Below are positions 14,201 to 29,200 of a stretch of 64,000 bases of DNA, one piece after another. Origin of the DNA: Heterodontus francisci (taxonomy: Eukaryota); the NCBI RefSeq assembly GCF_036365525.1, contig NC_090404.1:7750001-7814000 (forward strand), given 5' to 3'. Made by a program: the position numbers and the translations under genes. Positions within the stretch are counted from its first letter, which is position 1. Every line of letters begins with the position of its first letter. A model generated the notes under the pieces. It did no database searches, was not told where the DNA came from, and was given only the letters and a program-made list of their open reading frames with translations.

Positions 14201-17200
14201 AGGTTTATTTGGAGTAGCACAGTTTATCAGTAGTGTTCAGGTTTATCTGGAGTAGCACAGTTTATTAGTAGTGGTCAGGTTTATTTGGAGTAGCACAATT
14301 TATTAGTAGTAGTAAGGTTTATTTGGAGTAGCACAGTTTATTAGTAGTGTTCAGGTTTATTTGGAGTAGCACAGTTTATTAGTAGTGGTCAGGTTTATTT
14401 GGAGTAGCACAGTTTATTAGTAGTGGTAAGGTTTATTTGGAGTAGCACAGTTTATTAGTAGTGTTCAGATTTATTTGGAGTAGCACAGTTTATTAGTAGT
14501 GGTCAGGTTTATTTGGAGTAGCACAGTTTATTAGTAGTAGTAAGGTTTATTTGGAGTAGCACAGTTTATTAGTAGTGTTCAGGTTTATTTGGAGTAGCAC
14601 AGTTTATTAGTAGTGGTAAGGTTTATTTGGAGTAGCACAGTTTATTAGTAGTAGTAAGGTTTATTTGGAGTAGCACAGTTTATTAGTAGTGGTCAGGTTT
14701 ATTCGTAGTAGCACAGTTTATTAGTAGTGGTCAGGTTTATTCGTAGTAGCACAGTTTATTAGTAGTGGTAAGGTTTATTTGGAGTAGCACAGTTTATTAG
14801 TAGTGGTCAGGTTTATTTGGAGTAGCACAGTTTATTATTAGTGGTAAGGTTTATTTGGAGTAGCACAGTTTATTAGTAGTGGTCAGGTTTATTTGGAGTA
14901 GCACAGTTTATTATTAGTGGTAAGGTTTATTTGGAGTAGCACAGTTTATTAGTCGTGTTCAGATTTATTTGGAGTAGCACAGTTTATTAGTCGTGGTCAG
15001 GTTTATTCGTAGTAGCACAGTTTATTAGTAGTGGTAAGGTTTATTTGGAGTAGCACAGTTTATTAGTAGTAGTAAGGTTTATTTGGAGTAGCACAGTTTA
15101 TTAGTAGTGGTAAGCTTTATTTGGAGTAGCACAGTTTATTAGTAGTGTTCAGGTTTATTTGGAGTAGCACAGTTTATTAGTAGTGGTCAGGTTTATTTGG
15201 AGTAGCACAGTTTATTATTAGTGGTAAGGTTTATTTGGAGTAGCACAGTTTATTAGTAGTGTTCAGGTTTATTTGGAGTAGCACAGTTTATTAGTAGTGG
15301 TAAGGTTTATTTGGAGTAGCACAGTTTATTAGTAGTGGTCAGGTTTATTTGGAGTAGCACAGTTTATTAGTAGTGGTAAGGTTTATTTGGAGTAGCACAG
15401 TTTATTAGTAGTGGTCAGGTTTATTTGGAGTAGCACAGTTTATTAGTAGTGGTCAGGTTTATTTGGAGTAGCACAGTTTATTAGTAGTGGTAAGGTTTAT
15501 TTGGAGTAGCACAGTTTATTAGTAGTAGTAAGGTTTATTTGGAGTAGCACAGTTTATTAGTAGTGGTCAGGTTTATTTGGAGTAGCACAGTTTATTAGTA
15601 GTAGTAAGGTTTATTTGGAGTAGCACAGTTTATTAGTAGTGTTCAGGTTTATTTGGAGTAGCACAGTTTATTAGTAGTGGTAAGGTTTATTTGGAGTAGC
15701 ACAGTTTATTAGTAGTAGTAAGGTTTATTTGGAGTAGCACAGTTTATTAGTAGTGGTCAGGTTTATTCGTAGTAGCACAGTTTATTAGTAGTGGTCAGGT
15801 TTATTCGTAGTAGCACAGTTTATTAGTAGTGGTAAGGTTTATTTGGAGTAGCACAGTTTATTAGTAGTGGTAAGGTTTATTTGGAGTAGCACAGTTTATT
15901 AGTAGTGTTCAGGTTTATTTGGAGTAGCACAGTTTATTAGTAGTGGTCAGGTTTATTTGGAGTAGCACAGTTTATTATTAGTGGTAAGGTTTATTTGGAG
16001 TAGCACAGTTTATTAGTAGTGTTCAGATTTATTTGGAGTAGCACAGTTTATTAGTAGTGGTCAGGTTTATTCGTAGTAGCACAGTTTATTAGTAGTGGTA
16101 AGGTTTATTTGGAGTAGCACAGTTTATTAGTAGTAGTAAGGTTTATTTGGAGTAGCACAGTTTATTAGTAGTGGTAAGCTTTATTTGGAGTAGCACAGTT
16201 TATTAGTAGTGTTCAGGTTTATTTGGAGTAGCACAGTTTATTAGTAGTGGTCAGGTTTATTTGGAGTAGCACAGTTTATTATTAGTGGTAAGGTTTATTT
16301 GGAGTAGCACAGTTTATTAGTAGTGTTCAGGTTTATTTGGAGTAGCACAGTTTATTAGTCGTGGTAAGATTTATTTGGAGTAGCACAGTTTATTAGTAGT
16401 GGTCAGGTTTATTTGGAGTAGCACAGTTTATTAGTAGTGGTCAGGTTTATTTGGAGTAGCACAGTTTATTAGTAGTGGTAAGGTTTATTTGGAGTAGCAC
16501 AGTTTATTAGTCGTGTTCAGATTTATTTGGAGTAGCACAGTTTATTAGTAGTGGTCAGGTTTATTCGTAGTAGCACAGTTTATTACTAGTGGTAAGGTTT
16601 ATTTGGAGTGGCACAGTTTATTAGTAGTAGTAAGGTTTATTTGGAGTAGCACAGTTTATTAGTAGTGGTAAGCTTTATTTGGAGTAGCACAGTTTATTAG
16701 TAGTGTTCAGGTTTATTTTGGAGTAGCACAGTTTATTAGTAGTGGTCAGGTTTATTTGGAGTAGCACAGTTTATTATTAGTGGTAAGGTTTATTTGGAGT
16801 AGCACAGTTTATTAGTAGTGTTCAGGTTTATTTGGAGTAGCACAGTTTATTAGTAGTAGTAAGGTTTATTTGGAGTAGCACAGTTTATTAGTAGTAGTAA
16901 GGTTTATTTGGAGTAGCACAGTTTATTAGTAGTGGTCAGGTTTATTCGTAGTAGCACAGTTTATTAGTAGTGGTCAGGTTTATTCGTAGTAGCACAGTTT
17001 ATTAGTAGTGGTAAGGTTTATTTGGAGTAGCACAGTTTATTAGTAGTGGTAAGGTTTATTTGGAGTAGCACAGTTTATTAGCAGTGTTCAGGTTTATTTG
17101 GAGTAGCACAGTTTATTAGTAGTGGTCAGGTTTATTTGGAGTAGCACAGTTTATTATTAGTGGTAAGGTTTATTTGGAGCAGCACAGTTTATTAGTAGTG

Positions 17201-20200
17201 TTCAGATTTATTTGGAGTAGCACAGTTTATTAGTAGTGGTCAGGTTTATTCGTAGTAGCACAGTTTATTAGTAGTGGTAAGGGTTATTTGGAGTAGCACA
17301 GTTTATTAGTAGTAGTAAGGTTTATTTGGAGTAGCACAGTTTATTAGTAGTGGTAAGCGTTATTTGGAGTAGCACAGTTTATTAGTAGTGGTCAGGTTTA
17401 TTCGTAGTAGCACAGTTTATTAGCAGTGGTCAGGTTTATTCGTAGTAGCACAGTTTATTAGTAGTGGTCAGGTTTATTCGTAGAAGCACAGTTTATTGGT
17501 AATAGTAAGATTTATTCGTAGTAGCACAGTTTTAGTAGTGGTCAGGTTTATTTGGAGTAGCGCAGTTTATTAGTAGTGGTCAGATTTATTCGTAGTAGCA
17601 CAGTTTATTAGTAATAGTAAGGTTTATTCGTAGTAGCACAGTTTATTAGTAGTGGTCAGGTTTATTCGTAGTAGCACAGTTTATTGGTAATAGTAAGGTT
17701 TATTCGTTTAGCACAGTTTATTAGTAGTGGTCAGGTTTATTCGTAGTAGCACAATTTTAGTAGTGGTAAGGTTTATTTGCAGTAGCACAGTTTATTAGTA
17801 GTGTTCAGGTTTATTTGGAGTAGCACAGTTTATTAGTAGTGTTCAAGTTTATTTGGAGTAGCACAGTTTATTAGTAGTGTTCAGGTTTATTTGGAGTAGC
17901 ACAGTTTATTGGTAGTGGTAAGGTTTATTCGGAGTAGCACAGTTTATTGGTAGTGGTAAGGTTTATTCGGAGTAGCACAGTTTATTCGTAGTGTTCAAGT
18001 TTATTCGGAGTAGCACAGTTTATTAGTAGTGGTAAGGTTTATTCGTAGTAGCACAGTTTATTAGTAGTGTTCAGGTTTATTTGCAGTAGCACAGTTTATT
18101 AGTAGTGGTCAGGTTTATTCGTAGTAGCACAGTTTATTGGTAATAGTAAGGTTTATTCGTAGTAGCACAGTTTATTAGTAGTGGTCAGGTTTATTTGCAG
18201 TTGCACAGTTTATTAGTAGTGGTCAGGTTTATTCGGAGTAGGACAGTTTATTAGTAGTGGTCAGGTTTATTCGGAGTAGCACAGTTTATTAGTAGTGGTC
18301 AGGTTTATTTGCAGTCGCACAGTTTATTAGTAGTGGTCAGGTTTATTCGTAGTAGCACAGTTTATTGGTAATAGTAAGGTTTATTCGTAGTAGCACAGTT
18401 TATTGGTAGTGGTAAGGTTTATTCGGAGCAGCACAGTTTATTCATAGTGTTCAGGTTTATTCGGAGTAGCACAGTTTATTAGTAGTGTTCAGGTTTATTT
18501 TGGAGTAGCACAGTTTATTAGTAGTGGTCAGGTTTATTTGGAGTAGCACAGTTTATTATTAGTGGTAAGGTTTATTTGGAGTAGCACAGTTTATTAGTAG
18601 TGTTCAGGTTTATTTGGAGTAGCACAGTTTATTAGTAGTAGTAAGGTTTATTTGGAGTAGCACAGTTTATTAGTAGTGTTCAGGTTTATTTGGAGTAGCA
18701 CAGTTTATTAGTAGTGGTAAGGTTTATTTGGAGTAGCACAGTTTATTAGTAGTAGTAAGGTTTATTTGGAGTAGCACAGTTTATTAGTAGTGGTCAGGTT
18801 TATTCGTAGTAGCACAGTTTATTAGTAGTGGTCAGGTTTATTCGTAGTAGCACAGTTTATTAGTAGTGGTAAGGTTTATTTGGAGTAGCACAGTTTATTA
18901 GTAGTGGTAAGGTTTATTTGGAGTAGCACAGTTTATTAGCAGTGTTCAGGTTTATTTGGAGTAGCACAGTTTATTAGTAGTGGTCAGGTTTATTTGGAGT
19001 AGCACAGTTTATTATTAGTGGTAAGGTTTATTTGGAGCAGCACAGTTTATTAGTAGTGTTCAGATTTATTAGGAGTAGCACAGTTTATTAGTAGTGGTCA
19101 GGTTTATTCGTAGTAGCACAGTTTATTAGTAGTGGTAAGGTTTATTTGGAGTAGCACAGTTTATTAGTAGTAGTAAGGTTTATTTGGAGTAGCACAGTTT
19201 ATTAGTAGTGGTAAGCTTTATTTGGAGTAGCACAGTTTATTAGTAGTGGTCAGGTTTATTCGTAGTAGCACAGTTTATTAGTAGTGGTCAGGTTTATTCG
19301 TAGTAGCACAGTTTATTAGTAGTGGTCAGGTTTATTCGTAGAAGCACAGTTTATTGGTAATAGTAAGATTTATTCGTAGTAGCACAGTTTTAGTAGTGGT
19401 CAGGTTTATTTGGAGTAGCGCAGTTTATTAGTAGTGGTCAGGTTTATTCGTAGTAGCACAGTTTATTAGTAATAGTAAGGTTTATTCGTAGTAGCACAGT
19501 TTATTAGCAGTGGTCAGGTTTATTCGTAGTAGCACAGTTTATTGGTAATAGTAAGGTTTATTCGTTTAGCACAGTTTATTAGTAGTGGTCAGGTTTATTC
19601 GTAGTAGCACAATTTTAGTAGTGGTAAGGTTTATTTGCAGTAGCACAGTTTATTAGTAGTGTTCAGGTTTATTTGGTGTAGCACAGTTTATTAGTAGTGT
19701 TCAGGTTTATTTGGAGTAGCACAGTTTATTAGTAGTGGTCAGGTTTATTTGGAGTAGCACAGTTTATTGGTAGTGGTAAGGTTTATTCGGAGTAGCACAG
19801 TTTATTGGTAGTGGTAAGGTTTATTCGGAGTAGCACAGTTTATTCGTAGTGTTCAAGTTTATTCGGAGTAGCACAGTTTATTAGTAGTGGTAAGGTTTAT
19901 TCGTAGTAGCACAGTTTATTAGTAGTGTTCAGGTTTATTTGCAGTAGCACAGTTTATTAGTAGTGGTCAGGTTTATTCGTAGTAGCACAGTTTATTGGTA
20001 ATAGTAAGGTTTATTCGTAGTAGCACAGTTTATTAGTAGTGGTCAGGTTTATTTGCAGTAGCACAGTTTATTAGTAGTGGTCAGGTTTATTCGCAGTAGG
20101 ACAGTTTATTAGTAGTGGTCAGGTTTATTCGGAGTAGCACAGTTTATTAGTAGTGGTCAGGTTTATTTGCAGTCGCACAGTTTATTAGTAGTGGTCAGGT

Positions 20201-23200
20201 TTATTCGTAGTAGCACAGTTTATTGGTAATAGTAAGGTTTATTCGTAGTAGCACAGTTTATTGGTAGTGGTAAGGTTTATTCGGAGCAGCACAGTTTATT
20301 CATAGTGTTCAGGTTTATTCGGAGTAGCACAGTTTATTGGTAATAGTAAGGTTTATTCGTAGTAGCACAGTTTATTAGTAGTGTTCAGGTTTATTCGGAG
20401 TAGCACAGTTTGTTAGTAGTGGTCAGGTTTATTTGCAGTAGCACAGTTTATTAGTAGTGGTCAGGTTTATTCGTAGTAGCACAGTTTATTGGTAATAGTA
20501 AGGTTTATTCGTAGTAGCACAGTTTATTGGTAGTGGTAAGGTTTATTCGGAGCAGCACAGTTTATTCATAGTGTTCAGGTTTATTCGGAGTAGCACAGTT
20601 TATTGGTAATAGTAAGGTTTATTCGTAGTAGCACAGTTTATTAGTAGTGGTCAGGTTTATTCGTACTAGCACAGTTTATTAGTAGTGGTCAGGTTTATTC
20701 GGAGTAGCACAGTTTATTAGTAGTGGTCAGGTTTATTTGCAGTAGCACAGTTTATTAGTAGTGGTCAGGTTTATTCGGAGTAGCACAGTTTATTGGTAGT
20801 GGTAAGGTTTATTCGGAGTAGCACAGTTTATTCGTAGTGTTCAAGTTTATTCGGAGTAGCACAGTTTATTAGTAGTGGTAAGGTTTATTCGGAGCAGCAC
20901 AGTTTATTCATAGTGTTCACGTTTATTCGGAGTAGCACAGTTTATTAGTTGTGGTAAGGATTATTTGGAGTAGCACAGTTTATTCATAGTGTTCAGGTTT
21001 ATTCGGAGCAGCACAGTTTATTGGTAGTGTTAAGGTTTATTCGGAGTAGCACAGTTTATTAGTAGTGGTCAGGTTTATTTGGAGTAGCACAGTTTATTGG
21101 TATTGTTCAGGTTCATTTGGAGTAGCACAGTTTATTAGTAGTGGTCAGGTTTATTCGTAGTAGCAAAGTTTATTAGTGGTGGTCAGGTTTATTCGGAGTA
21201 GCACAGTTTATTGGTAATAGTAAGGTTTATTCGTAGTTGCACAGTTTATTAGTAGTGGTCAGGTTTATTCGTAGTAGCACAGTTTATTGGTAGTGGTAAG
21301 GTTTATTTGGAGTAGCACAGTTTATTAGTAGTGGTCAGGTTTATTCGTAGTAGCACAGTTTATTAGTAGTGGTCAGGTTTATTCGGAGTAGCACAGTTTA
21401 TTAGTAGTGGTAAATTTTATTTGGAGTAGCACAGTTTATTAGTAGTGGTCAGGTTTATTCGTAGTAGCACAGTTTATTAGTAGTGGTCAGGTTTATTCGG
21501 AGTAGCACAGTTTATTAGTCGTGGTAAATTTTATTTGGAGTAGCACAGTTTATTAGTAGTGGTCAGGTTTATTCGTAGTAGTACAGTTTATTAGTAGTGG
21601 TCAGGTTTATTCGTAGTAGCACAGTTTATTGGTAATAGTAAGGTTTATTCGTAGTAGCACAGTTTATTAGTAGTGGTCAGGTTTATTCGGAGTAGCACAG
21701 TTTATTAGTAGTGGTCAGGTTTATTTGCAGTAGCACAGTTTATTAGTAGTGGTCAGGTTTATTCGTAGTAGCACAGTTTATTGGTAATAGTAAGGTTTAT
21801 TCGTAGTCGCACAGTTTATTAGTAGTGGTCAGGTTTATTCGGAGTAGCACAGTTTATTAGTAGTGGTCAGGTTTATTCGTAGTAGCACAGTTTATTAGCA
21901 GTGGTCAGGTTTATTCGTAGTAGCACAGTTTATTAGTAGTGGTCAGGTTTATTCGTAGAAGCACAGTTTATTGGTAATAGTAAGATTTATTCGTAGTAGC
22001 ACAGTTTTAGTAGTGGTCAGGTTTATTTGGAGTAGCGCAGTTTATTAGTAGTGGTCAGGTTTATTCGTAGTAGCACAGTTTATTAGTAATAGTAAGTTTT
22101 ATTCGTAGTAGCACAGTTTATTAGTAGTGGTCAGGTTTATTCGTAGTAGCACAGTTTATTGGTAATAGTAATGTTTATTCGTAGTAGCACAATTTATTAG
22201 TAGTGGTAAGGTTTATTTGCAGTAGCACAGTTTATTAGTAGTGGTCAGGTTTATTCGTAGTAGCACAATTTATTAGTAGTGGTAAGGTTTATTTGCAGTA
22301 GCACAGTTTATTAGTCGTGGTCAGGTTTATTCGTAGTAGCACAGTATATTAGTAGTGGTCAGGTTTATTCGAAGTAGCACAGTTTATTAGTAGTGGTCAG
22401 GTTTGTTAGTAGTAGCACAGTTTATTAGTAGTGGTAAGGTTTATTTGCAGTAGCACAGTTTATTAGTAGTGGTCAGGTTTATTCGTAGTAGCACAGTTTA
22501 TTAGTAGTGTTCAGGTTTATTCGTAGTAGCACAGTTTATTAGTAATAGTAAGGTTTATTCGTTGTAGCACAGTTTATTGGTAATGGTAAGGTTTATTCGT
22601 AGTAGCACAGTTTATTAGTAGTGGTCAGGTTTATTCGTAGTAGCACAATTTATTAGTAGTGGTAAGGTTTATTTGCAGTAGCACAGTTTATTAGTCGTGG
22701 TCAGGTTTATTCGTAGTAGCACAGTATATTAGTAGTGGTCAGGTTTATTCGAAGTAGCACAGTTTATTAGTAGTGGTCAGGTTTGTTCGTAGTAGCACTG
22801 TTTATTAGTAGTGGTAAGGTTTATTCGTAGTAGCACAGTTTATTAGTAGTGGTCAGGTTTATTCGTAGTAGCACAGTTTATTAGTAGTGTTCAGGTTTAT
22901 TCGTAGTAGCACAGTTTATTAGTAACAGTAAGGTTTATTCGTTGTAGCACAGTTTATTGGTAATGGTAAGGTTTATTCGTAGTAGCACAGTTTATTAGTA
23001 GTGGTCAGGTTTATTCGTAGTAGCACAGTTTATTCGTAGTGGTAAGGTTTATTTGCAGTAGCACAGTTTATTAGTAGTGGTCAGGTTTATTCGTAGTAGC
23101 ACAGTATATTAGTAGTGGTCAGGTTTATTCGTAGTAGCACAGTTTATTAGTAGTGGTAAGGTTTATTTGCAGGAGCACAGTTTATTAGTAGTGGTAAGGT

Positions 23201-26200
23201 ATATTTGCCATTGCACAGTTTATTAGTAGTGGTAAGGTTTATTTGGAGTAGCACAGTTTATTAGTAGTGGTAAGGTTTATTCGTAGTAGCACAGTTTATT
23301 AGTAGTGGTAAGGTTTATTTGGAGTAGCACAGTTTATTACTAGTGGTAAGGTTTATTTGGAGTAGCACAGTTTATTAGTTGTGGTAAGGTTTATTTGGAG
23401 TAGCACAGTTTATTAGTAGTGGTAAGGTTTATTTGGAGTAGCACAGTTTATTAGTAGTGGACAGGTTTATTTGGAGTAGCACAGTTTATTAGTAGTGGTA
23501 AGGTATATTTGCCCTTGCACAGTTTATTAGTAGTGGTAAGGTTTATTTGCAGTAGCACAATTTATTAGTAGTGGTAAGGTTTATTCGTAGTAGCACAGTT
23601 TATTACTAGTGGTAAGGTTTATTTGCAGTAGCACAGTTTATTAGTAGTGGTAAGGTTTATTTGCAGCAGCACAGTTAATTAGTAGTGGTCAGGTCTATTT
23701 GGAGTAGCACAGTTTATTAGTAGTGGTAAGGTTTATTTGCAGTAGCACAGTTTATTAGTAGTGGTAAGGTTTATTTGGAGTAGCACAGTTTATTAGTAGT
23801 GGTAAGGTTTATTCGGAGTAGCACAGTTTATTGGTAATAGTAAGGTTTATTCGTAGTAGCACAGTTTATTAGTAGTGGTCAGGTTTATTCGGAGTAGCAC
23901 AGTTTATTAGTAGTTGTCAGGTTTATTCGTAGTAGCACAGTTTATTAGTAGTGTTCAGGTTTATTTGGAGTAGCACAGTTTATTAGTAGTGGTAAGGTTT
24001 ATTCGGAGTAGCACAGTTTATTGGTAATAGTAAGGTTTATTCGTAGTAGCACAGTTTATTAGTAGTGGTCAGGTTTATTCGTAGTAGCACAGTTTATTAG
24101 TAGTGTTCAGGTTTATTCGTAGTAGCACAGTTTATTAGTAGTTGTAAGGTTTATTCGTAGTAGCACAGTTTATTGGTAATAGTAAGGTTTATTCGTAGTA
24201 GCACAGTTTATTAGTAGTGTTCAGGTTTATTTGGAGTAGCACAGTTTATTAGTAGTGGTCAGGTTTATTCGGAGTAGCACATTTTATTGGTAGTGTTCAG
24301 GCTTATTCGTAGTAGCACAGTTTATTAGTAGTTGTAAGGTTTATTCATAGTAGCACAGTTTATTAGTAGTGGTCAGGTTTATTCGGAGTAGCACAGTTTA
24401 TTGGTAATAGTAAGGTTTATTCGTAGTAGCACAGTTTATTAGTAGTGTTCAGGTTTAGTCGGAGTAGCACAGTTTATTAGTAGTGTTCAGGTTTATTCGT
24501 AGTAGCACAGTTTATTAGCAGTGGTAAGGTTTATTCGTAGTAGCACAGTTTATTAGTAGTGGTCAGGTTTATTCGGAGTAGCACAGTTTATTGGTAATAG
24601 TAAGGTTTATTCGTAGTAGCACAGTTTATTAGTAGTGTTCAGGTTTAGTCGGAGTAGCACAGTTTATTAGTAGTGTTCAGGTTTAGTCGGAGTAGCACAG
24701 TTTATTAGTAGTGTTCAGGTTTATTCGGAGTAGCACAGTTTATTAGTAGTGTTCAGGTTTATTCGTAGTAGCACAGTTTATTAGTAGTGGTCAGGTTTAT
24801 TCGGAGTAGCACAGTTTATTGGTAATAGTAAGGTTTATTCGTAGTAGCACAGTTTATTAGTAGTGGTCAGGTTTATTCGTAGTAGCACAGTTTATTAGTA
24901 GTGTTCAGGTTTATTCGTAGTAGCACAGTTTATTAGTAACAGTAAGGTTTATTCGTTGTAGCACAGTTTATTGGTAATGGTAAGGTTTATTCGTAGTAGC
25001 ACAGTTTATTAGTAGTGGTCAGGTTTATTCGTAGTAGCACAGTTTATTCGTAGTGGTAAGGTTTATTTGCAGTAGCACAGTTTATTAGTAGTGGTCAGGT
25101 TTATTCGTAGTAGCACAGTATATTAGTAGTGGTCAGGTTTATTCGTAGTAGCACAGTTTATTAGTAGTGGTAAGGTTTATTTGCAGGAGCACAGTTTATT
25201 AGTAGTGGTAAGGTATATTTGCCATTGCACAGTTTATTAGTAGTGGTAAGGTTTATTTGGAGTAGCACAGTTTATTAGTAGTGGTAAGGTTTATTCGTAG
25301 TAGCACAGTTTATTAGTAGTGGTAAGGTTTATTTGGAGTAGCACAGTTTATTACTAGTGGTAAGGTTTATTTGGAGTAGCACAGTTTATTAGTTGTGGTA
25401 AGGTTTATTTGGAGTAGCACAGTTTATTAGTAGTGGTAAGGTTTATTTGGAGTAGCACAGTTTATTAGTAGTGGACAGGTTTATTTGGAGTAGCACAGTT
25501 TATTAGTAGTGGTAAGGTATATTTGCCCTTGCACAGTTTATTAGTAGTGGTAAGGTTTATTTGCAGTAGCACAATTTATTAGTAGTGGTAAGGTTTATTC
25601 GTAGTAGCACAGTTTATTACTAGTGGTAAGGTTTATTTGCAGTAGCACAGTTTATTAGTAGTGGTAAGGTTTATTTGCAGCAGCACAGTTAATTAGTAGT
25701 GGTCAGGTCTATTTGGAGTAGCACAGTTTATTAGTAGTGGTAAGGTTTATTTGCAGTAGCACAGTTTATTAGTAGTGGTAAGGTTTATTTGGAGTAGCAC
25801 AGTTTATTAGTAGTGGTAAGGTTTATTCGGAGTAGCACAGTTTATTGGTAATAGTAAGGTTTATTCGTAGTAGCACAGTTTATTAGTAGTGGTCAGGTTT
25901 ATTCGGAGTAGCACAGTTTATTAGTAGTTGTCAGGTTTATTCGTAGTAGCACAGTTTATTAGTAGTGTTCAGGTTTATTTGGAGTAGCACAGTTTATTAG
26001 TAGTGGTAAGGTTTATTCGGAGTAGCACAGTTTATTGGTAATAGTAAGGTTTATTCGTAGTAGCACAGTTTATTAGTAGTGGTCAGGTTTATTCGTAGTA
26101 GCACAGTTTATTAGTAGTGTTCAGGTTTATTCGTAGTAGCACAGTTTATTAGTAGTTGTAAGGTTTATTCGTAGTAGCACAGTTTATTGGTAATAGTAAG

Positions 26201-29200
26201 GTTTATTCGTAGTAGCACAGTTTATTAGTAGTGTTCAGGTTTATTTGGAGTAGCACAGTTTATTAGTAGTGGTCAGGTTTATTCGGAGTAGCACATTTTA
26301 TTGGTAGTGTTCAGGCTTATTCGTAGTAGCACAGTTTATTAGTAGTTGTAAGGTTTATTCATAGTAGCACAGTTTATTAGTAGTGGTCAGGTTTATTCGG
26401 AGTAGCACAGTTTATTGGTAATAGTAAGGTTTATTCGTAGTAGCACAGTTTATTAGTAGTGTTCAGGTTTAGTCGGAGTAGCACAGTTTATTAGTAGTGT
26501 TCAGGTTTATTCGTAGTAGCACAGTTTATTAGCAGTGGTAAGGTTTATTCGTAGTAGCACAGTTTATTAGTAGTGGTCAGGTTTATTCGGAGTAGCACAG
26601 TTTATTGGTAATAGTAAGGTTTATTCGTAGTAGCACAGTTTATTAGTAGTGTTCAGGTTTAGTCGGAGTAGCACAGTTTATTAGTAGTGTTCAGGTTTAG
26701 TCGGAGTAGCACAGTTTATTAGTAGTGTTCAGGTTTATTCGTAGTAGCACAGTTTATTAGTAGTGGTCAGGTTTATTCGGAGTAGCACAGTTTATTGGTA
26801 ATAGTAAGGTTTATTCGTAGTAGCACAGTTTATTAGTAGTGTTCAGGTTTATTCGGAGTAGCACAGTTTATTAGTAGTGTTCAGGTTTATTCGTAGTAGC
26901 ACAGTTTATTAGTAGTGGTAAGGGTTATTCGTAGTAGCACAGTTTATTAGTAGTGTTCAGGTTTATTCGGAGTAGCACAGTTTATTGGTAATAGTAAGGT
27001 TTATTCGTAGTAGCACAGTTTATTAGTAGTGATAAGGTTTATTCGTAGTAGCACAGTTTATTAGTAGTGGTCAGGTTTATTCGGAGTAGCACAGTTTATT
27101 GGTAATAGTAAGGTTTATTCGTAGTAGCACAGTTTATTTGTAGTGGTCAGGTTTATTCGTAGTGGCACAGTTTATTAGTAGTGGTAAGGTTTATTCGTAG
27201 TAGCACAGTTTATTAGTAGTGGTAAGGTTTATTTGGAGTAGCACAGTTTATTAGTAGTGGTCAGGTTTATTCGGAGTAGCACAGTTTATTGGTAATAGTA
27301 AGGTTTATTCGTAGTAGCACAGTTTATTTGTAGTGGTCAGGTTTATTCGTAGTAGCACAGTTTATTAGTAGTGGTAAGGTTTATTCGTAGTAGCACAGTT
27401 TATTAGTAGTGGTCAGGTTTATTCGGAGTAGCACAGTTTATTGGTAATAGTAAGGTTTATTCGTAGTAGCACAGTTTATTAGTAGCGGTAAGGTTTATTC
27501 GTAGTAGCACAGTTTATTAGTAGTGGTAAGGTTTATTTGGAGTAGCACAGTTTATTAGTAGTGGTCAGGTTTATTCGGAGTAGCACAGTTTATTGGTAAT
27601 AGTAAGGTTTATTCGTAGTAGCACAGTTTATTAATAGTGGTCAGGTTTATTTGGAGTAGCACAGTTTATTAGTAGTGGTAAGGTTTATTCGGAGTAGCAC
27701 AGTTTATTGGTAATAGTAAGGTTTATTCGTAGTAGCACAGTTTATTAGTAGTGGTCAGGTTTATTCGTAGTAGCACAGTTTATTAGTAGTGTTCAGGTTT
27801 ATTCGTAGTAGCACAGTTTATTAGTAGTTGTAAGGTTTATTCGTAGTAGCACAGTTTATTGGTAATAGTAAGGTTTATTCGTAGTAGCACAGTTTATTAG
27901 TAGTGTTCAGGTTTATTTGGAGTAGCACAGTTTATTAGTAGTGGTCAGGTTTATTCGGAGTAGCACATTTTATTGGTAGTGTTCAGGCTTATTCGTAGTA
28001 GCACAGTTTATTAGTAGTTGTAAGGTTTATTCATAGTAGCACAGTTTATTAGTAGTGGTCAGGTTTATTCGGAGTAGCACAGTTTATTGGTAATAGTAAG
28101 GTTTATTCGTAGTAGCACAGTTTATTAGTAGTGTTCAGGTTTAGTCGGAGTAGCACAGTTTATTAGTAGTGTTCAGGTTTATTCGTAGTAGCACAGTTTA
28201 TTAGCAGTGGTAAGGTTTATTCGTAGTAGCACAGTTTATTAGTAGTGGTCAGGTTTATTCGGAGTAGCACAGTTTATTGGTAATAGTAAGGTTTATTCGT
28301 AGTAGCACAGTTTATTAGTAGTGTTCAGGTTTAGTCGGAGTAGCACAGTTTATTAGTAGTGTTCAGGTTTAGTCGGAGTAGCACAGTTTATTAGTAGTGT
28401 TCAGGTTTATTCGGAGTAGCACAGTTTATTAGTAGTGTTCAGGTTTATTCGTAGTAGCACAGTTTATTAGTAGTGGTCAGGTTTATTCGGAGTAGCACAG
28501 TTTATTGGTAATAGTAAGGTTTATTCGTAGTAGCACAGTTTATTAGTAGTGTTCAGGTTTATTCGGAGTAGCACAGTTTATTAGTAGTGTTCAGGTTTAT
28601 TCGTAGTAGCACAGTTTATTAGTAGTGGTAAGGGTTATTCGTAGTAGCACAGTTTATTAGTAGTGTTCAGGTTTATTCGGAGTAGCACAGTTTATTGGTA
28701 ATAGTAAGGTTTATTCGTAGTAGCACAGTTTATTAGTAGTGATAAGGTTTATTCGTAGTAGCACAGTTTATTAGTAGTGGTCAGGTTTATTCGGAGTAGC
28801 ACAGTTTATTGGTAATAGTAAGGTTTATTCGTAGTAGCACAGTTTATTTGTAGTGGTCAGGTTTATTCGTAGTGGCACAGTTTATTAGTAGTGGTAAGGT
28901 TTATTCGTAGTAGCACAGTTTATTAGTAGTGGTAAGGTTTATTTGGAGTAGCACAGTTTATTAGTAGTGGTCAGGTTTATTCGGAGTAGCACAGTTTATT
29001 GGTAATAGTAAGGTTTATTCGTAGTAGCACAGTTTATTTGTAGTGGTCAGGTTTATTCGTAGTAGCACAGTTTATTAGTAGTGGTAAGGTTTATTCGTAG
29101 TAGCACAGTTTATTAGTAGTGGTCAGGTTTATTCGGAGTAGCACAGTTTATTGGTAATAGTAAGGTTTATTCGTAGTAGCACAGTTTATTAGTAGCGGTA